From the NCBI GenBank assembly GCA_037442885.1, contig JBBIPK010000006.1:4548-68547 (forward strand): a DNA stretch of 64,000 nt, read 5' to 3'. Position numbers and translations under genes: made by a program. Source of the stretch: Acidobacteriota bacterium (GTDB lineage: Bacteria; Acidobacteriota; Terriglobia; Acidiferrales; 2-02-FULL-67-57). The notes below the pieces were generated by a model. It was not told the origin of the DNA. It was given only the letters and a program-made list of their open reading frames with translations, and did no database searches. Numbering within the stretch: position 1 is the stretch's first letter; every line of letters starts with the position of its first letter. Below, piece after piece: positions 53,243 through 63,018 of the stretch.

Positions 53243-54216
53243 CAGCAGGCGAGCTTGCGGGCAGCGGCTTTCGCGAAGTAGGTGAGGATGATGTCGGCGC
53301 CGGCGCGCTTGATGGCAGTGAGCGTCTCCATCATTGTGCGCTCAAGGTCAATCCAGCCGAGCCGGGCGGCGGCCTGCAGGCAGGCATACTCGCCGCTGAC
53401 CTGATAGGCGCCGAGCGGCAGGTTGAACTCCTCGCGCACGGCGCGGAGAACGTCGAGGTAGGGCAGCGCCGGCTTGACCATTACGATGTCGGCACCCTCT
53501 TCCACATCCAGTGCCACTTCGCGCAGCGCCTCGCGCACGTTGGCGGGGTCCATCTGATGGCTGCGCCGGTCGCCGAACTGTGGCGCCGACTGCGCGGCTT
53601 CGCGGAAGGGGCCGTAGAAAGCAGAGGCGTACTTGGCGGCGTAGGAGAGAATCGGTGTGTTGGTGAAGCCGTGAGCATCGAGCGCCTGGCGGATAGCAGC
53701 CACGCGCCCGTCCATCATGTCGGACGGCGCAACGATATCAGCGCCTGCACGGGCATGGCTGAGTGCGGTCTTGGCAAGCAGCTCGAGCGTGGGGTCGTTG
53801 ACGATCTCCCCGCCCTCGACTTTGCCGCAGTGGCCGTGGCTGGTGTACTCGCACAAGCAGACGTCGGTGATGACGAGCAGCTCCGGCAACGTTTCCTTGA
53901 GGGCGCGGACGGCGCGCTGAATGATGCCGCTCTCGTCGTAGGCGCCGCGGGCCAGCTCGTCCTTGCTCTCCGGGATGCCGAAGAGAATGACCGCGGGGAT
54001 TTTCAGCGCCGCGACTTCGCGGCACTCCTTCACCAACTCATCCACCGAAAGGTTGAAGACCCCCGGCATCGAGCCGACTTCCTGGCGGACACCCTCCCCG
54101 GGAACGACGAAGAGCGGATAGACGAGGCTGTCCACGTGCAAGCGCGTCTCGCGCACGAAGCGCCGCAGCGCTTCCGTGCGCCGCGTCCGCCGCAACCGTG
54201 TTGTCGGAAAGGTCAT
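53242..54216 (-). CDS. hemB: Porphobilinogen synthase (delta-aminolevulinate dehydratase), Zn-type
   Basis: RRTR..R.FVRE, Cys-rich metal site [14 protein letters not shown], active-site Lys regions ([10 protein letters not shown]). Confidence 0.95.
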   Translation of the reverse strand: MTFPTTRLRRTRRTEALRRFVRETRLHVDSLVYPLFVVPGEGVRQEVGSMPGVFNLSVDELVKECREVAALKIPAVILFGIPESKDELARGAYDESGIIQRAVRALKETLPELLVITDVCLCEYTSHGHCGKVEGGEIVNDPTLELLAKTALSHARAGADIVAPSDMMDGRVAAIRQALDAHGFTNTPILSYAAKYASAFYGPFREAAQSAPQFGDRRSHQMDPANVREALREVALDVEEGADIVMVKPALPYLDVLRAVREEFNLPLGAYQVSGEYACLQAAARLGWIDLERTMMETLTAIKRAGADIILTYFAKAAARKLAC

Positions 54217-54235
54217 GGGTGAAGTCCCTCGACCA

Positions 54236-54739
54236 TTATAGCGCGGCCCGACGAAACACCCGGTGCAAAAGCAGCAGCGCGAACAGGTTCAACCCGGCGA
54301 GCGCGGAGAGCATGCCCGCAAAGCCCTGGATGGGAATCAGCGGCAGGTTGACGGCCAGCAGCCAGAGCGTGGCGCGGCGCGCCTGACGGTAGGCGGAAGC
54401 CTCCCCTTGCGTCAGACCGCGCGCGTGCCTCAGGCACAGGAATCCGGGAAGCAGGATCAGCAGGCCAACCAGCACCAGCGAGTAAAAGCGGAAGTCATAG
54501 GCGAACACCTCAGCTCCGCTAAAGCCGTGGCCGGCCAGCGCGCGGCTAAGCACCACGACGAGGTGCGCGCCGCCGAGCAAGAGATTGCCGAGGCCGCACA
54601 CTACATTGACGGCAGCGACTAGAAGCAAAGGAATGGGCGCGCGGCGGCGCCAGCCCTCCCACAGTACGTGCCAGAACGCCCAGAGCAGTCCGGCGCTGAA
54701 AGCAAGGAAGAACAGCACGCGGAGCGGATTGCCGGCCAT
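54236..54739 (-). CDS. Hypothetical integral membrane protein
   Basis: Four or five predicted TM helices. Start set at ATG 54739, because the longer ORF ..55225 overlaps lptD. Confidence 0.5.
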   Translation of the reverse strand: MAGNPLRVLFFLAFSAGLLWAFWHVLWEGWRRRAPIPLLLVAAVNVVCGLGNLLLGGAHLVVVLSRALAGHGFSGAEVFAYDFRFYSLVLVGLLILLPGFLCLRHARGLTQGEASAYRQARRATLWLLAVNLPLIPIQGFAGMLSALAGLNLFALLLLHRVFRRAAL

Positions 54740-54741
54740 TG

Positions 54742-57096
54742 TCAGAAGAGTCGCTCCGCCTTGCGCAGTGTGCCCGCGGTACCGACGTTGGCAATCAGAA
54801 AGGCAAAGCGAAACTGGTTCTCGCTGCGCACCGCACCGAGTCCGAGGCGGCGAAATTCGAGCGCGATGCCGCAGCAATCCCAGTTGTAGCTCACCTGAGC
54901 CGCCGTGCTGGGCAGAAAGTCCTGGCGGATGTTCCAGGCAGCGCTGAAGGCAGCGTTGAGACCGCGGCGATTGAGCTGCCCGTAGCTCACGAGAAAGCCG
55001 AGCTGGTGGAAACGTGGCTGCAACAGCGGGTCGTTGCGCGTAACGAAGTGGGTCAGCCACGCCCGCACATCGCGCCCAACCGCCGCGCTCACGAGCAGAC
55101 GGCTGCTGGTGAGTTTGTTCGCGCGTGTGTCGAAATCCACCCGCCACTCGGCGTCGGTGCGGCGGCCGGGCGAGATCTTGAGCGTGGAAACCAGGGGGGA
55201 GAATCGCCGCGGACCCAGCGACCACGCGAAACCGGTGAGAGAGGCCAGGGCGGTGACGACGTTGCGTTGCCCGGGCAGGAGCGCTCCGTCCAGGCCAGGG
55301 TCGAAGAAGTACTTCTGTGCCAGCCGCCAGGAAGCCACTTCGCGGATACCTTCCATACCCCCGGAAGTCTCCGGCGTCGTGGCCGGTTGGCGGCGGAAGA
55401 GGCGCTGCGTGAGCGAGTATTCGAGTTCGTTCGTATTGCTCAGGATGTCGGTTTCATCGAAGCGCAGGATCTGCTCGAAGTCGCGCACCCCATTGACATG
55501 GCGGTAGGTGATCTGGGGCTCGAGGACGTGGCGGTAGCGGGTCCCGCGCCGCTCGTAGACGCGGGCCAGCGCCGGCAGGCGCAGGTCCACAGCGACGTCG
55601 GAGGCCACGCGGTCGAGGGCGCAGTTCAGCACGCGCAGGCCACTGCGGCCGTCCGGGGGACATCCGGGCGTAGTGGCCGCATCCACCAGCCGGGCGCCAT
55701 AGCGAGTGGCACGGAAACCGAAGGTGGGTGTGAGCTGCAGCCAGGGAGTGCGCAGCAGGGGGAGGGTGACGCGCGGAGAGAGGTCAAAGCGCTGCACCAT
55801 GGCCGGGGTTTCCATCCGCCGGTCGGTGCGTCGTAGCGCCCCCGCACTCGAATCGAGACTGAAATAGAGGGGCACGCCGCGAAGGGTTGTCCACCGCGGG
55901 CGCGTGCCAAACTCAAACAGTGGCGCACCGGCGATGGTCACACTGGTTTCTTCCAACGGAGTGAAGAGACTCACCCCTTGCCGGATTTCAAAGTTGCGAT
56001 AGCGGCGAAAGAGCGCGTTGAAGTAGAAAGTGTCGGGATTGTTCGAAACGAAGGCATTGGCGTGCACTTCAGAGACCACCGCCTCGTTGAAGGTTTCGCT
56101 GAAACCGAGACGAAATCGCAGCGAGCTGAGGTAGGTGAGATCCACGACCGTGCGGAAGCCGCGACCCAGTACAGCTTCCGTGAAGATATGGGCGAATTCA
56201 CCGCTCTGGTCGAACCGCTGGCCTCCCACCGTCACCTGTCGCCAGTCGCTCACCCCCAGGTAGCTCACATCAATCGCGCTCCGTGCGGAGGGCAGAACGC
56301 GAAGCTGCACCCGCCGCGACCACCCGCGCTGGCTGAACAGCTCCGCCCCCACCAGCAGGTCGGCATGGTCATTGATGGCCCAGAAGAACGACTCGCTGAC
56401 GGTGAAACCCTTGCGCGAGTTGTTCCCGAAGTTCGGCAAGAGGAACCCGCTCTGGCGCGGGCGCTCTTGGAGCGAATGCGTGAAAAAGGGAGCTAAGAGG
56501 AGCGGGATGGGTCCGAGGTGGAAGCTCGACCCAAACAGCCTCACTCGCTCGCCCGGGCGGATGACGGCGCGGAGGGCACGGAGCTTCCACTTGGCGCTTT
56601 CCGGGGTGCAGTTGGTGATCCAGCCGTGGTGGGCGACGTAGCTGCCGTCGGGGCGCCGCTCGACCGATTCGGCTTCGAAGTAGAAGGGGTTGGGGCTGAC
56701 GAGCAGATCGGGATCCTCGCTCGGCTTGATGCGCACGATGGCGCGCACCTGCTCGAAGCGCCCGGCACCGCTGCGCAGGTTGTAGTGGCCGCGCGCGGCG
56801 CGAAGGACGTCGGTTTCCCGCTCCAACTCGACGTTGCCTTCCGCCCTCGCTTCGCCTGTGGCATCGTCGTAGGTAATCTCATGGGCCTTCAGGATGGCAC
56901 CGCGAAAACGAATCTCCACGCGCCCACGTAGAATGAACAGGTTGCCGATTTTCTCCTGCGTCTCGGCCAGGATTTCGACCTCGCGGGCCTGCTGCGCCCA
57001 CAGCAACGGTGTGGCCAGCAGTAGAAAGAGTGGACCCAGAATCGAGGCGAGCCCTGCCTTTTCCTCGCGAAACCTGTTTGCCAGTGAATCCCGCAT
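54742..57096 (-). CDS. lptD: LPS-assembly outer-membrane protein LptD (OstA family)
   Basis: Signal peptide, OstA-like N-terminal beta-jellyroll (LFILRGRVEIRF.GAILKAHEITYDDATGEARAEGNVELE), long beta-barrel-like C-terminus ending in F. Confidence 0.75.
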   Translation of the reverse strand: MRDSLANRFREEKAGLASILGPLFLLLATPLLWAQQAREVEILAETQEKIGNLFILRGRVEIRFRGAILKAHEITYDDATGEARAEGNVELERETDVLRAARGHYNLRSGAGRFEQVRAIVRIKPSEDPDLLVSPNPFYFEAESVERRPDGSYVAHHGWITNCTPESAKWKLRALRAVIRPGERVRLFGSSFHLGPIPLLLAPFFTHSLQERPRQSGFLLPNFGNNSRKGFTVSESFFWAINDHADLLVGAELFSQRGWSRRVQLRVLPSARSAIDVSYLGVSDWRQVTVGGQRFDQSGEFAHIFTEAVLGRGFRTVVDLTYLSSLRFRLGFSETFNEAVVSEVHANAFVSNNPDTFYFNALFRRYRNFEIRQGVSLFTPLEETSVTIAGAPLFEFGTRPRWTTLRGVPLYFSLDSSAGALRRTDRRMETPAMVQRFDLSPRVTLPLLRTPWLQLTPTFGFRATRYGARLVDAATTPGCPPDGRSGLRVLNCALDRVASDVAVDLRLPALARVYERRGTRYRHVLEPQITYRHVNGVRDFEQILRFDETDILSNTNELEYSLTQRLFRRQPATTPETSGGMEGIREVASWRLAQKYFFDPGLDGALLPGQRNVVTALASLTGFAWSLGPRRFSPLVSTLKISPGRRTDAEWRVDFDTRANKLTSSRLLVSAAVGRDVRAWLTHFVTRNDPLLQPRFHQLGFLVSYGQLNRRGLNAAFSAAWNIRQDFLPSTAAQVSYNWDCCGIALEFRRLGLGAVRSENQFRFAFLIANVGTAGTLRKAERLF

Positions 57097-57205
57097 CGAA
57101 TGGCCAGATGGACTGCACCTGCCGCGACGCGATCAACTCGGCTTCGGCAGCCGAAGTTCTTGGAGCACTGTGCAGCGCCCCACCAGATGAATGTTCATCA
57201 ACTCT

Positions 57206-57934
57206 TCACAGCCCCAGGAACTGGATCGCAAGGCCGCAGGCGGCGATGGTGGCGCCGGCCAGGACGTGGACGTAACGCTCAAGTACCCCGAAGGGGACGC
57301 GCTCGATGCCGGCGAGCGCCAGCAGAACCACGCCGGTCATGGTCAGGAGGGTGGTGGCGCCGAAGACGACGGCTACCAAGCCGACGCCCATCCAGCTTGC
57401 CCGCGCCGCCGGATAGAGCAGCAAGGGGATCAGCGGCTCGCAGGGCCCGAAGACGAAAATCATGAACAGCACCCACGGCGCCATGCGCGCGGGGTTGCCG
57501 TGGGGATGCGCGTGCACGCCGCTGTGCGTGTGCGGGTGAGCGTGCAAAAGGGTCTGCTGCTCTCCCCTTTCGTCCCGTGTGATGTGGATATGGACGTGCG
57601 TATGAGGCCGCCGGGACAACGCCCGCCATAGCCCCCAGCCCGCGTAGGCGAGACCAAAACCAATCAGCAACCACGCTGCCGTCTGCCCGCGCACAGACTC
57701 AATGGCTTCCAACCGCACCAGGCTGACCCCCAGCGCAATCCCCACCAGGCCGAGCACCACCGAGGCCAAGAGGTGGCCGAGTCCGCACACCAGCGTGACC
57801 GTCAAGGCTTTGGCGCGCGACCAGGCTCCCGCACGCGCCAGGGCGATGAACGGCAGGTAGTGGTCAGGGCCCAGCAGCGTGTGGACAAACCCCAGGCTCG
57901 CTGCGGTCCCGACCAGAAGCCAGGTCTCGTTCAT
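57206..57934 (-). CDS. Metal (Ni/Co-type) transporter-like membrane protein with His-rich loop
   Basis: TM helix with HTLLGPDH motif. Cytoplasmic loop RRPHTHVHIHI...LLHAHPHTHSGVHAHPHG. Six TM helices. Family assignment (NicO/RcnA-like) is tentative. Confidence 0.55.
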   Translation of the reverse strand: MNETWLLVGTAASLGFVHTLLGPDHYLPFIALARAGAWSRAKALTVTLVCGLGHLLASVVLGLVGIALGVSLVRLEAIESVRGQTAAWLLIGFGLAYAGWGLWRALSRRPHTHVHIHITRDERGEQQTLLHAHPHTHSGVHAHPHGNPARMAPWVLFMIFVFGPCEPLIPLLLYPAARASWMGVGLVAVVFGATTLLTMTGVVLLALAGIERVPFGVLERYVHVLAGATIAACGLAIQFLGL

Positions 57935-57976
57935 GGCTGCCAAGCCTACCACAGCCTGCGTCTGGGGGGAGAATGG

Positions 57977-58005
57977 TTGACGCCTGCGCAGCGCTTTGTT
58001 AGGAT
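57977..58005 (+). promoter_or_regulatory. Candidate sigma70-type promoter for the RDD gene
   Basis: TTGACG, 17 nt spacer, TAGGAT, 32 nt upstream of ATG 58038. Confidence 0.45.
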
Positions 58006-58037
58006 GCGCCTCGCCGCAGCGCTCGGAGTAGCTGTTC

Positions 58038-58937
58038 ATGCAATGCCCGACCTGCGGTGTTTCTGTTCTTGCCGATTCCGGCAACTGCCGGAGTTGCGGC
58101 TGGACGCTCTCGCGCCCGCAGAAGGCGGGCAACGGAAACGGTCGCGAACTCCGCGCCCGACCGGCTGCGCTCCCGGCCGACCCGCAATCGGAAAATCGGA
58201 GTCATCCTCGCTTTGACAACAGCCAGGATAAATCCCTCCACCGAACCTCTACCGACAAGCCCGGGCAGGCCACGCCAAAGAACGTTGGCGGGCAGGCTTC
58301 GTTCTGGGGCTCGCTCCGCTCCTATCGGCCGCGCCGCCGCGGGCGCGGGTCGCGCGGCTATCCAATCAGCGCCGATGCGCTCGCCGAGTTGGGACAGGGG
58401 GCCTACTTCGCCGAGCGCCCGCGCGCCATCGAATGCATCGAGATGCCGCTGGTGCAGACGACACTCGACTTCAATCCGGCTGACGGCGAAGAAGAAATTC
58501 CGGTGGCCCATCGAGTGGCGCCGCTGGCGCCGCGCTTCCGCGCCGGCCTCTGTGATGCCGCCCTGATACTTGGTGCCGCAGCGGTCTTCTTCGCCCTGTT
58601 TGCGGCGCTAGGCGGCCCCGAGGCCTCGGGGGCGCTCGCGCGACGCGACCTGCTCATCTATGGCATCGCCACGTTTGCCCTGACGTGCCTCTACTTGGGA
58701 CTCTTCACCTATTTCGGCGGCTCTACCCCCGGCATGCGTCGCTATGGACTCATCCCGGTCCGCTTCGACGGCCAGCCCCTGACACCCGCGGACGCGCGGC
58801 TGCGCGCGTTCGGCTACGTCGTTTCCACCGGCTCGCTCCTGCTCGGCTTCTTCTGGGCGGTGGCCGACGAAGACCATCTCACCTGGCACGACCGCATCTC
58901 CCGCACCCTGCTCACCCAAGCCACGCCCCCAGCCTGA
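58038..58937 (+). CDS. RDD-family membrane protein with N-terminal zinc ribbon
   Basis: CPTCG...CRSCG ribbon, a long disordered linker, then an RDD-like domain with three TM helices (R..AGLCDAALILG... WHDRISRT). Confidence 0.75.
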   Translation: MQCPTCGVSVLADSGNCRSCGWTLSRPQKAGNGNGRELRARPAALPADPQSENRSHPRFDNSQDKSLHRTSTDKPGQATPKNVGGQASFWGSLRSYRPRRRGRGSRGYPISADALAELGQGAYFAERPRAIECIEMPLVQTTLDFNPADGEEEIPVAHRVAPLAPRFRAGLCDAALILGAAAVFFALFAALGGPEASGALARRDLLIYGIATFALTCLYLGLFTYFGGSTPGMRRYGLIPVRFDGQPLTPADARLRAFGYVVSTGSLLLGFFWAVADEDHLTWHDRISRTLLTQATPPA

Positions 58938-58992
58938 GCCCGCTACAGGCGTCACTCTCAGGCGGGCAGACCTCGCCCTTACTTTCTCTTCG

Positions 58993-59021
58993 TTGAGTTT
59001 TTCGGGCGGGCAACGTATACT
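58993..59021 (+). promoter_or_regulatory. Candidate promoter upstream of the small ORF and S41 peptidase homologue
   Basis: TTGAGT, 17 nt spacer, TATACT. Confidence 0.4.
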
Positions 59022-59066
59022 TCTTTCCGGGGAGGAGGGTCGGGCGCAAGAGCAATCCCTACGAGC

Positions 59067-59195
59067 ATGGGAAAGTTTCGTTTCTTGAATCAGAAACTCG
59101 GCAAGCGCGTGAAACGGAAGCAAGAACTGGAGCGGCGGCGGCTCGCCGGCTTCCGCAGAGCGCCACTGCCTTCGGGCGGAAAGAGAGCACGGTGA
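59067..59195 (+). CDS. Possible small basic protein (42 aa), translationally coupled to the S41 homologue
   Basis: MGKFRFLNQKLGKRVKRKQELERRRLAGFRRAPLPSGGKRAR. Its TGA overlaps the downstream GTG (GTGA). No good RBS, and it is below the ORF-track size cutoff. Confidence 0.25.
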   Translation: MGKFRFLNQKLGKRVKRKQELERRRLAGFRRAPLPSGGKRAR

Positions 59196-60397
59196 GCGCG
59201 CGGCTGCGGACGGGACTGATCGTGGTTTCCCTGGCGGTGGCGCTCTATGTGCTCATCGGCGGACTGCTCGGACAGACCGCCGGGGAAGGCGCCTACCGCC
59301 AACTGGGCGTCTTCAGCGAAGTCCTGACCCACGTCAAGAATTTCTACGTCGAAGACCCCGACATTCCCGCCGTTACCCGCGGGGCACTGCACGGTTTGCT
59401 GGAATCGCTTGATCCCTATTCGAGCTATCTCAGCCCGGCGGAGTTCGCCGCCTACCAGCAGCGCAACCCGAATCACACCGCCGATGTGGGACTCGTGCTT
59501 TCCAAGCGCTTCGGTTTGATCAGCGTGATTGCCACGCGCCCCGACAGCCCCGCCGAACGCGCCGGCCTGCGCGTGGGCGACATCCTGGAATCCATTGCCG
59601 GTTTTTCCTCGCGGGAAATGTCCATCGAGCAGGCGAAGCTGCTGCTGGCCGGCGAGCCCGGAACCACCGTCAAAGTCAGCGTGGTGCGGGAACGGCGCAG
59701 CGAGCCGAAGGAACTTGAGCTGGTGCGGGCGGTCTGGCAGGGACGCGTAGTAATGAGCGATCTCGTGAGCAGCGATGCCGGCTACCTCCGCGTCGTGACC
59801 TTCCAGCGGGGCACGGCCGCCGAACTCCGTGAGCACTTGCAACGGCTGCAACGCCGCCGCATCCGCAAGCTCGTGCTCGACCTGCGCGGCTGTGCCGGCG
59901 GCGAGGCAACGGAGGCCGTCGAAACCGCACGCCTGGTCATCGAAAAGGGCCTGCTGGCCTATCTCGAAGGGCAACAGGTGCCGCGGCAGCAGTTCACCGC
60001 CGATCCCCGCCACACGCTCTGGCGCGGACCTCTGGCGGTTCTGATTGACTCTTCCACCGCCGGGCCGGCCGAGCTCATCGCGGCGGCCGTGCGCGAACAC
60101 GGCCGGGGCGAACTCGTCGGCGAACAAACCTACGGCGTGGGCACGGTGCAGAAAGTGATTCCTCTGGACGACGGGTCGGGACTCATCCTTTCCGTCGCCA
60201 ACTATTACACTCCTGCGGGCAAGCCCATCCAAGAAGAAGGGGTTGACCCGACCGTGGCCGTGGCCGCCGAGCCGCTCGACGAGGAAGAGTTCAGCCCCGT
60301 TCTCCGTCCCCCGTTGGAGAACGACCCGGTGGTTCTGAAAGCGCTCGAAGTCCTGCGGGCCAAGGAGCGTGTGGTGGCTGCCCCTCCGGCTGCCTGA
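59192..60397 (+). CDS. S41 (C-terminal processing peptidase) family homologue with PDZ domain; catalytic Ser and Lys apparently substituted
   Basis: N-terminal TM helix, PDZ (GLRVGDILESI), DLRGCAGGE. The expected GSASASE reads SSTAGPAE and the expected TFGKGTVQ reads TYGVGTVQ. Confidence 0.8.
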   Translation: MSARLRTGLIVVSLAVALYVLIGGLLGQTAGEGAYRQLGVFSEVLTHVKNFYVEDPDIPAVTRGALHGLLESLDPYSSYLSPAEFAAYQQRNPNHTADVGLVLSKRFGLISVIATRPDSPAERAGLRVGDILESIAGFSSREMSIEQAKLLLAGEPGTTVKVSVVRERRSEPKELELVRAVWQGRVVMSDLVSSDAGYLRVVTFQRGTAAELREHLQRLQRRRIRKLVLDLRGCAGGEATEAVETARLVIEKGLLAYLEGQQVPRQQFTADPRHTLWRGPLAVLIDSSTAGPAELIAAAVREHGRGELVGEQTYGVGTVQKVIPLDDGSGLILSVANYYTPAGKPIQEEGVDPTVAVAAEPLDEEEFSPVLRPPLENDPVVLKALEVLRAKERVVAAPPAA

Positions 60398-60449
60398 GCG
60401 CATCCCGAAACGGGGCGACCGTCGCGCGGCCGGGGGCATCCCATCGAGT

Positions 60450-61556
60450 ATGAAAGTCCGAGGGCACGTGCTGGCCTGGGGGACGCTGTGGGCAGCGTTC
60501 CTGCTTCCGGGTGCCTGGGGGCAGCAAGCAACTCCGCCACGACCCGCCCAAGAAAGTCTGCAAGAGTTTCGTCTCCGCATCCAGGTCGACCTGGTCGCGA
60601 CGCCGGTGACGGTGTTGGACAGCCGCGGAGACTTCGTCTACGGGCTCACACGCAGCGACTTTACCGTCTGGGACAACGGCGTCCCCCAGCAGATCAGCCA
60701 GTTTGAGTTCTCCGATTCGCCCATTTCCCTGGCGGTGCTGCTCAACACGTCCAACCGCGTCCAGCCACTGCTCGACCGCGTTCGCCAGATCGGGATTCTC
60801 ATCAAGAGCTACATCCTGGGCGAACGGGGCGAGGCGGCCGTCGTCACCTTCGATGACGAAATTCACGTGCGGCAGGAGTTCACGAGCGATTCCGAAGTGC
60901 TGGAGAAGGCCATCAAGGCCATCAAGCCGGGCGGTGACCGAACACGCCTGGCCGACGCCATCGACACGGCCATCCGCCTGCTCGTGCCGCGCCCGCCTGC
61001 ACACCGCAAGGCCATCCTGATTGTGAGCGAGCCCCGCGATGTGGGCAGCGAGACCCCGCTGGGCGAGGTTCTGCGCACGGCGCAACTCGCCGACATCACC
61101 ATCTACACCGTGGGGCTCTCCTACTCGGAAGCACTCTGGCGAACCAAGCCGCAAGACCGCCAGCCGCCTGCCTCGCCCTATCCGCCCGGCGTCTTTCCCA
61201 CTCCGCCCCTGCCGGGCACGCCGCAGACTCCCACCACCGAGCAACAAAACCAGGCGCGTGCCGACCTGCTGGCGCTGATTCAGGTGCTGGTCTCCACTCT
61301 CCGCGCTCCCATTCAGCAGGACGTGCTGGAGGTGCTGGCCGCAGGCACGGGCGGCGCGGCGCACGGCCAGGCGAGCGACACGGCCTTGCAGGCAGCCATC
61401 AATCGCATCGGGCAGGAGCTGCACAACCAGTACGTGCTTGCCTACCGTCCGACCAATCTCCGCGAGCAAGGCTTCCACGAAATCCGTGTCCGTGTGCGCC
61501 GCAGCGACGTCCTCGTCCGTTCCCGCCCCGGCTACTTCATCGGCCACCCCGAATAA
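60450..61556 (+). CDS. VWA-domain protein (acidobacterial VWFA-related type), secreted
   Basis: Signal peptide. Motifs: F.L.VDLV...V.V.D..G..V..L...DF.V.DNG..Q.I..F, then VWA-like (AVV.FDD...). C-terminus YVL.Y.P........H.I.V.V. Confidence 0.8.
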   Translation: MKVRGHVLAWGTLWAAFLLPGAWGQQATPPRPAQESLQEFRLRIQVDLVATPVTVLDSRGDFVYGLTRSDFTVWDNGVPQQISQFEFSDSPISLAVLLNTSNRVQPLLDRVRQIGILIKSYILGERGEAAVVTFDDEIHVRQEFTSDSEVLEKAIKAIKPGGDRTRLADAIDTAIRLLVPRPPAHRKAILIVSEPRDVGSETPLGEVLRTAQLADITIYTVGLSYSEALWRTKPQDRQPPASPYPPGVFPTPPLPGTPQTPTTEQQNQARADLLALIQVLVSTLRAPIQQDVLEVLAAGTGGAAHGQASDTALQAAINRIGQELHNQYVLAYRPTNLREQGFHEIRVRVRRSDVLVRSRPGYFIGHPE

Positions 61557-61559
61557 CGG

Positions 61560-61665
61560 CAGAAAACAGAAATCAGAAACGAGAAAACACGCGCAGTCGC
61601 TCCACTCGCAGCCCTATCCCGTCGCGTCCTGTTCTCGATTTTCTGTTTTCTATTTTCTGTTTTCG
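61560..61665. repeat. Inverted pair of heptamer arrays between convergent genes (candidate bidirectional terminator)
   Basis: Left arm CAGAAAA CAGAAAT CAGAAAC GAGAAAA (61560-61589). Right arm ATTTTCT GTTTTCT ATTTTCT GTTTTCG (61631-61665). About 40 nt spacer. Confidence 0.8.
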
Positions 61666-61668
61666 CCG

Positions 61669-63018
61669 CTACGTCCTGTCGAGGCGGAGCAACGTGCGGT
61701 AGAGGAGCTCGGCGCCGCAGGCGATCTCCTCGGGGCGGCTGTATTCTTCCGGTGAGTGGCTGATGCCGTTGCGACTGGGGACGAAAATCATCCCCATCGG
61801 ACAGAGGCGCGAGATCGCCTGGGCATCGTGGCCGGCGCCGGAGGCCATGGTCAGCGCGGGGGCGCGCATCTCGGCCACTGCCTGCTGGATGTGCCAGCGA
61901 ATCTGCGGGTCGGTCAGGGCCGGGTCGTGGCTGGAGGTTTCCTGGATCGTGATGGCCACCTTTTCGCGCTCAGCGATGGCCTGGGCGCGACGGCGGATTT
62001 CGGCCGCCAGTTCCTCGATCTTCTGCATGGAGAGATCGCGCAGTTCAATCGGCAGGGCAACCCGGCCGGGGATGACGTTGGGCGCGCCGGGAAAGACGTG
62101 GACGAAGCCGACCGTGCCCACTTGGCGCCCCGGAACGTTGCGTACCACCTCGCGCACCGTCTGAATCAGCTGCGCGGCGGCGATGAGGGCGTCGCGGCGC
62201 TGATCCATCGGGGTGGTGCCGGCGTGGTTGGCGAAACCTTCGAGGGTCACGTCGTAGCGGTTGATGCCGACGATGCCTTCGACAATCCCGAAGGACAGGC
62301 CGCGCTGCCAGAGAATGCCGCCCTGCTCGATGTGGAGTTCCAGATAGGCCTTGAAGGTTCCGGGGGGAGGCGTCATCTCCGCAATGCGCGCAGGGTCGCC
62401 GCCCGCGCGCCGCACCCAGTCGGCCAGCCGGACGCCCGCTTCGTCCACTGCGTCCAGCTCGCCGGGGTCGAGCAGCCCCGCCAGCGCCCGGCTGCCGAAG
62501 AGTCCCTTGCCGTAGTGCACGCCTTCCTCGTTCGACCACACCGCCATCTCGAAGGTATGCTCGGTAGCAATGCCCTGGTCGTTCAGCGTGCGCATCACTT
62601 CCAAGGCGCCGCAGGAGCCGACGCAGCCGTCGTAGTGGCCGCCGTTGGGAACGGTGTCAATGTGGGAGCCGAACAGCAAGGTGGGCTTGGTGGGATCCTT
62701 GCCCGCACGCCGACCGCGCAGATTGGCGGCGGCGTCAATCCAGACCTCAAGGCCCGCTTGACGCATCTGGGCGAGAAACCACTCGCGCCCGGCCAGGTCT
62801 TCCGGCGAGAAGCCTACACGGTTAGAGCCGCCCTCCGGCATCCGCCCAATCTGGCTCAGCTCGGCCAGTGTCTGGTTGATTCGCTCGGCGTTGACAAGGC
62901 TGGGGCACCACAGAATAGCCGGCTCACGCGCCTCCTGTGGCCAACCCCAGAAAGGAACGAGGTAGCTACCCGCTACGCCCGCAAGCAACCGGTGGCCGAA
63001 CTCGCGTCGGGAAAGCAA
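61669..63018 (-). CDS. M20-family amidase (allantoate amidohydrolase / N-carbamoyl-L-amino-acid hydrolase type)
   Basis: Tat-like SRREFGHRLLAG signal, GSHIDTVPNGGHYDG, WSNEEG, ..GAGHDA. Confidence 0.85.
   Translation of the reverse strand: MLSRREFGHRLLAGVAGSYLVPFWGWPQEAREPAILWCPSLVNAERINQTLAELSQIGRMPEGGSNRVGFSPEDLAGREWFLAQMRQAGLEVWIDAAANLRGRRAGKDPTKPTLLFGSHIDTVPNGGHYDGCVGSCGALEVMRTLNDQGIATEHTFEMAVWSNEEGVHYGKGLFGSRALAGLLDPGELDAVDEAGVRLADWVRRAGGDPARIAEMTPPPGTFKAYLELHIEQGGILWQRGLSFGIVEGIVGINRYDVTLEGFANHAGTTPMDQRRDALIAAAQLIQTVREVVRNVPGRQVGTVGFVHVFPGAPNVIPGRVALPIELRDLSMQKIEELAAEIRRRAQAIAEREKVAITIQETSSHDPALTDPQIRWHIQQAVAEMRAPALTMASGAGHDAQAISRLCPMGMIFVPSRNGISHSPEEYSRPEEIACGAELLYRTLLRLDRT

Noticed and set aside
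54740-55225. The 5' extension of ORF 54236..55225 (329 aa), and similar extensions of ORFs 22271..24061, 25180..26607, 46284..48194 and 57206..58132.
   Set aside because: Each extension overlaps a strongly supported neighbouring gene or a repeat array. Internal Met starts give proteins with normal N-termini (signal peptide, TM helix or family-typical start).
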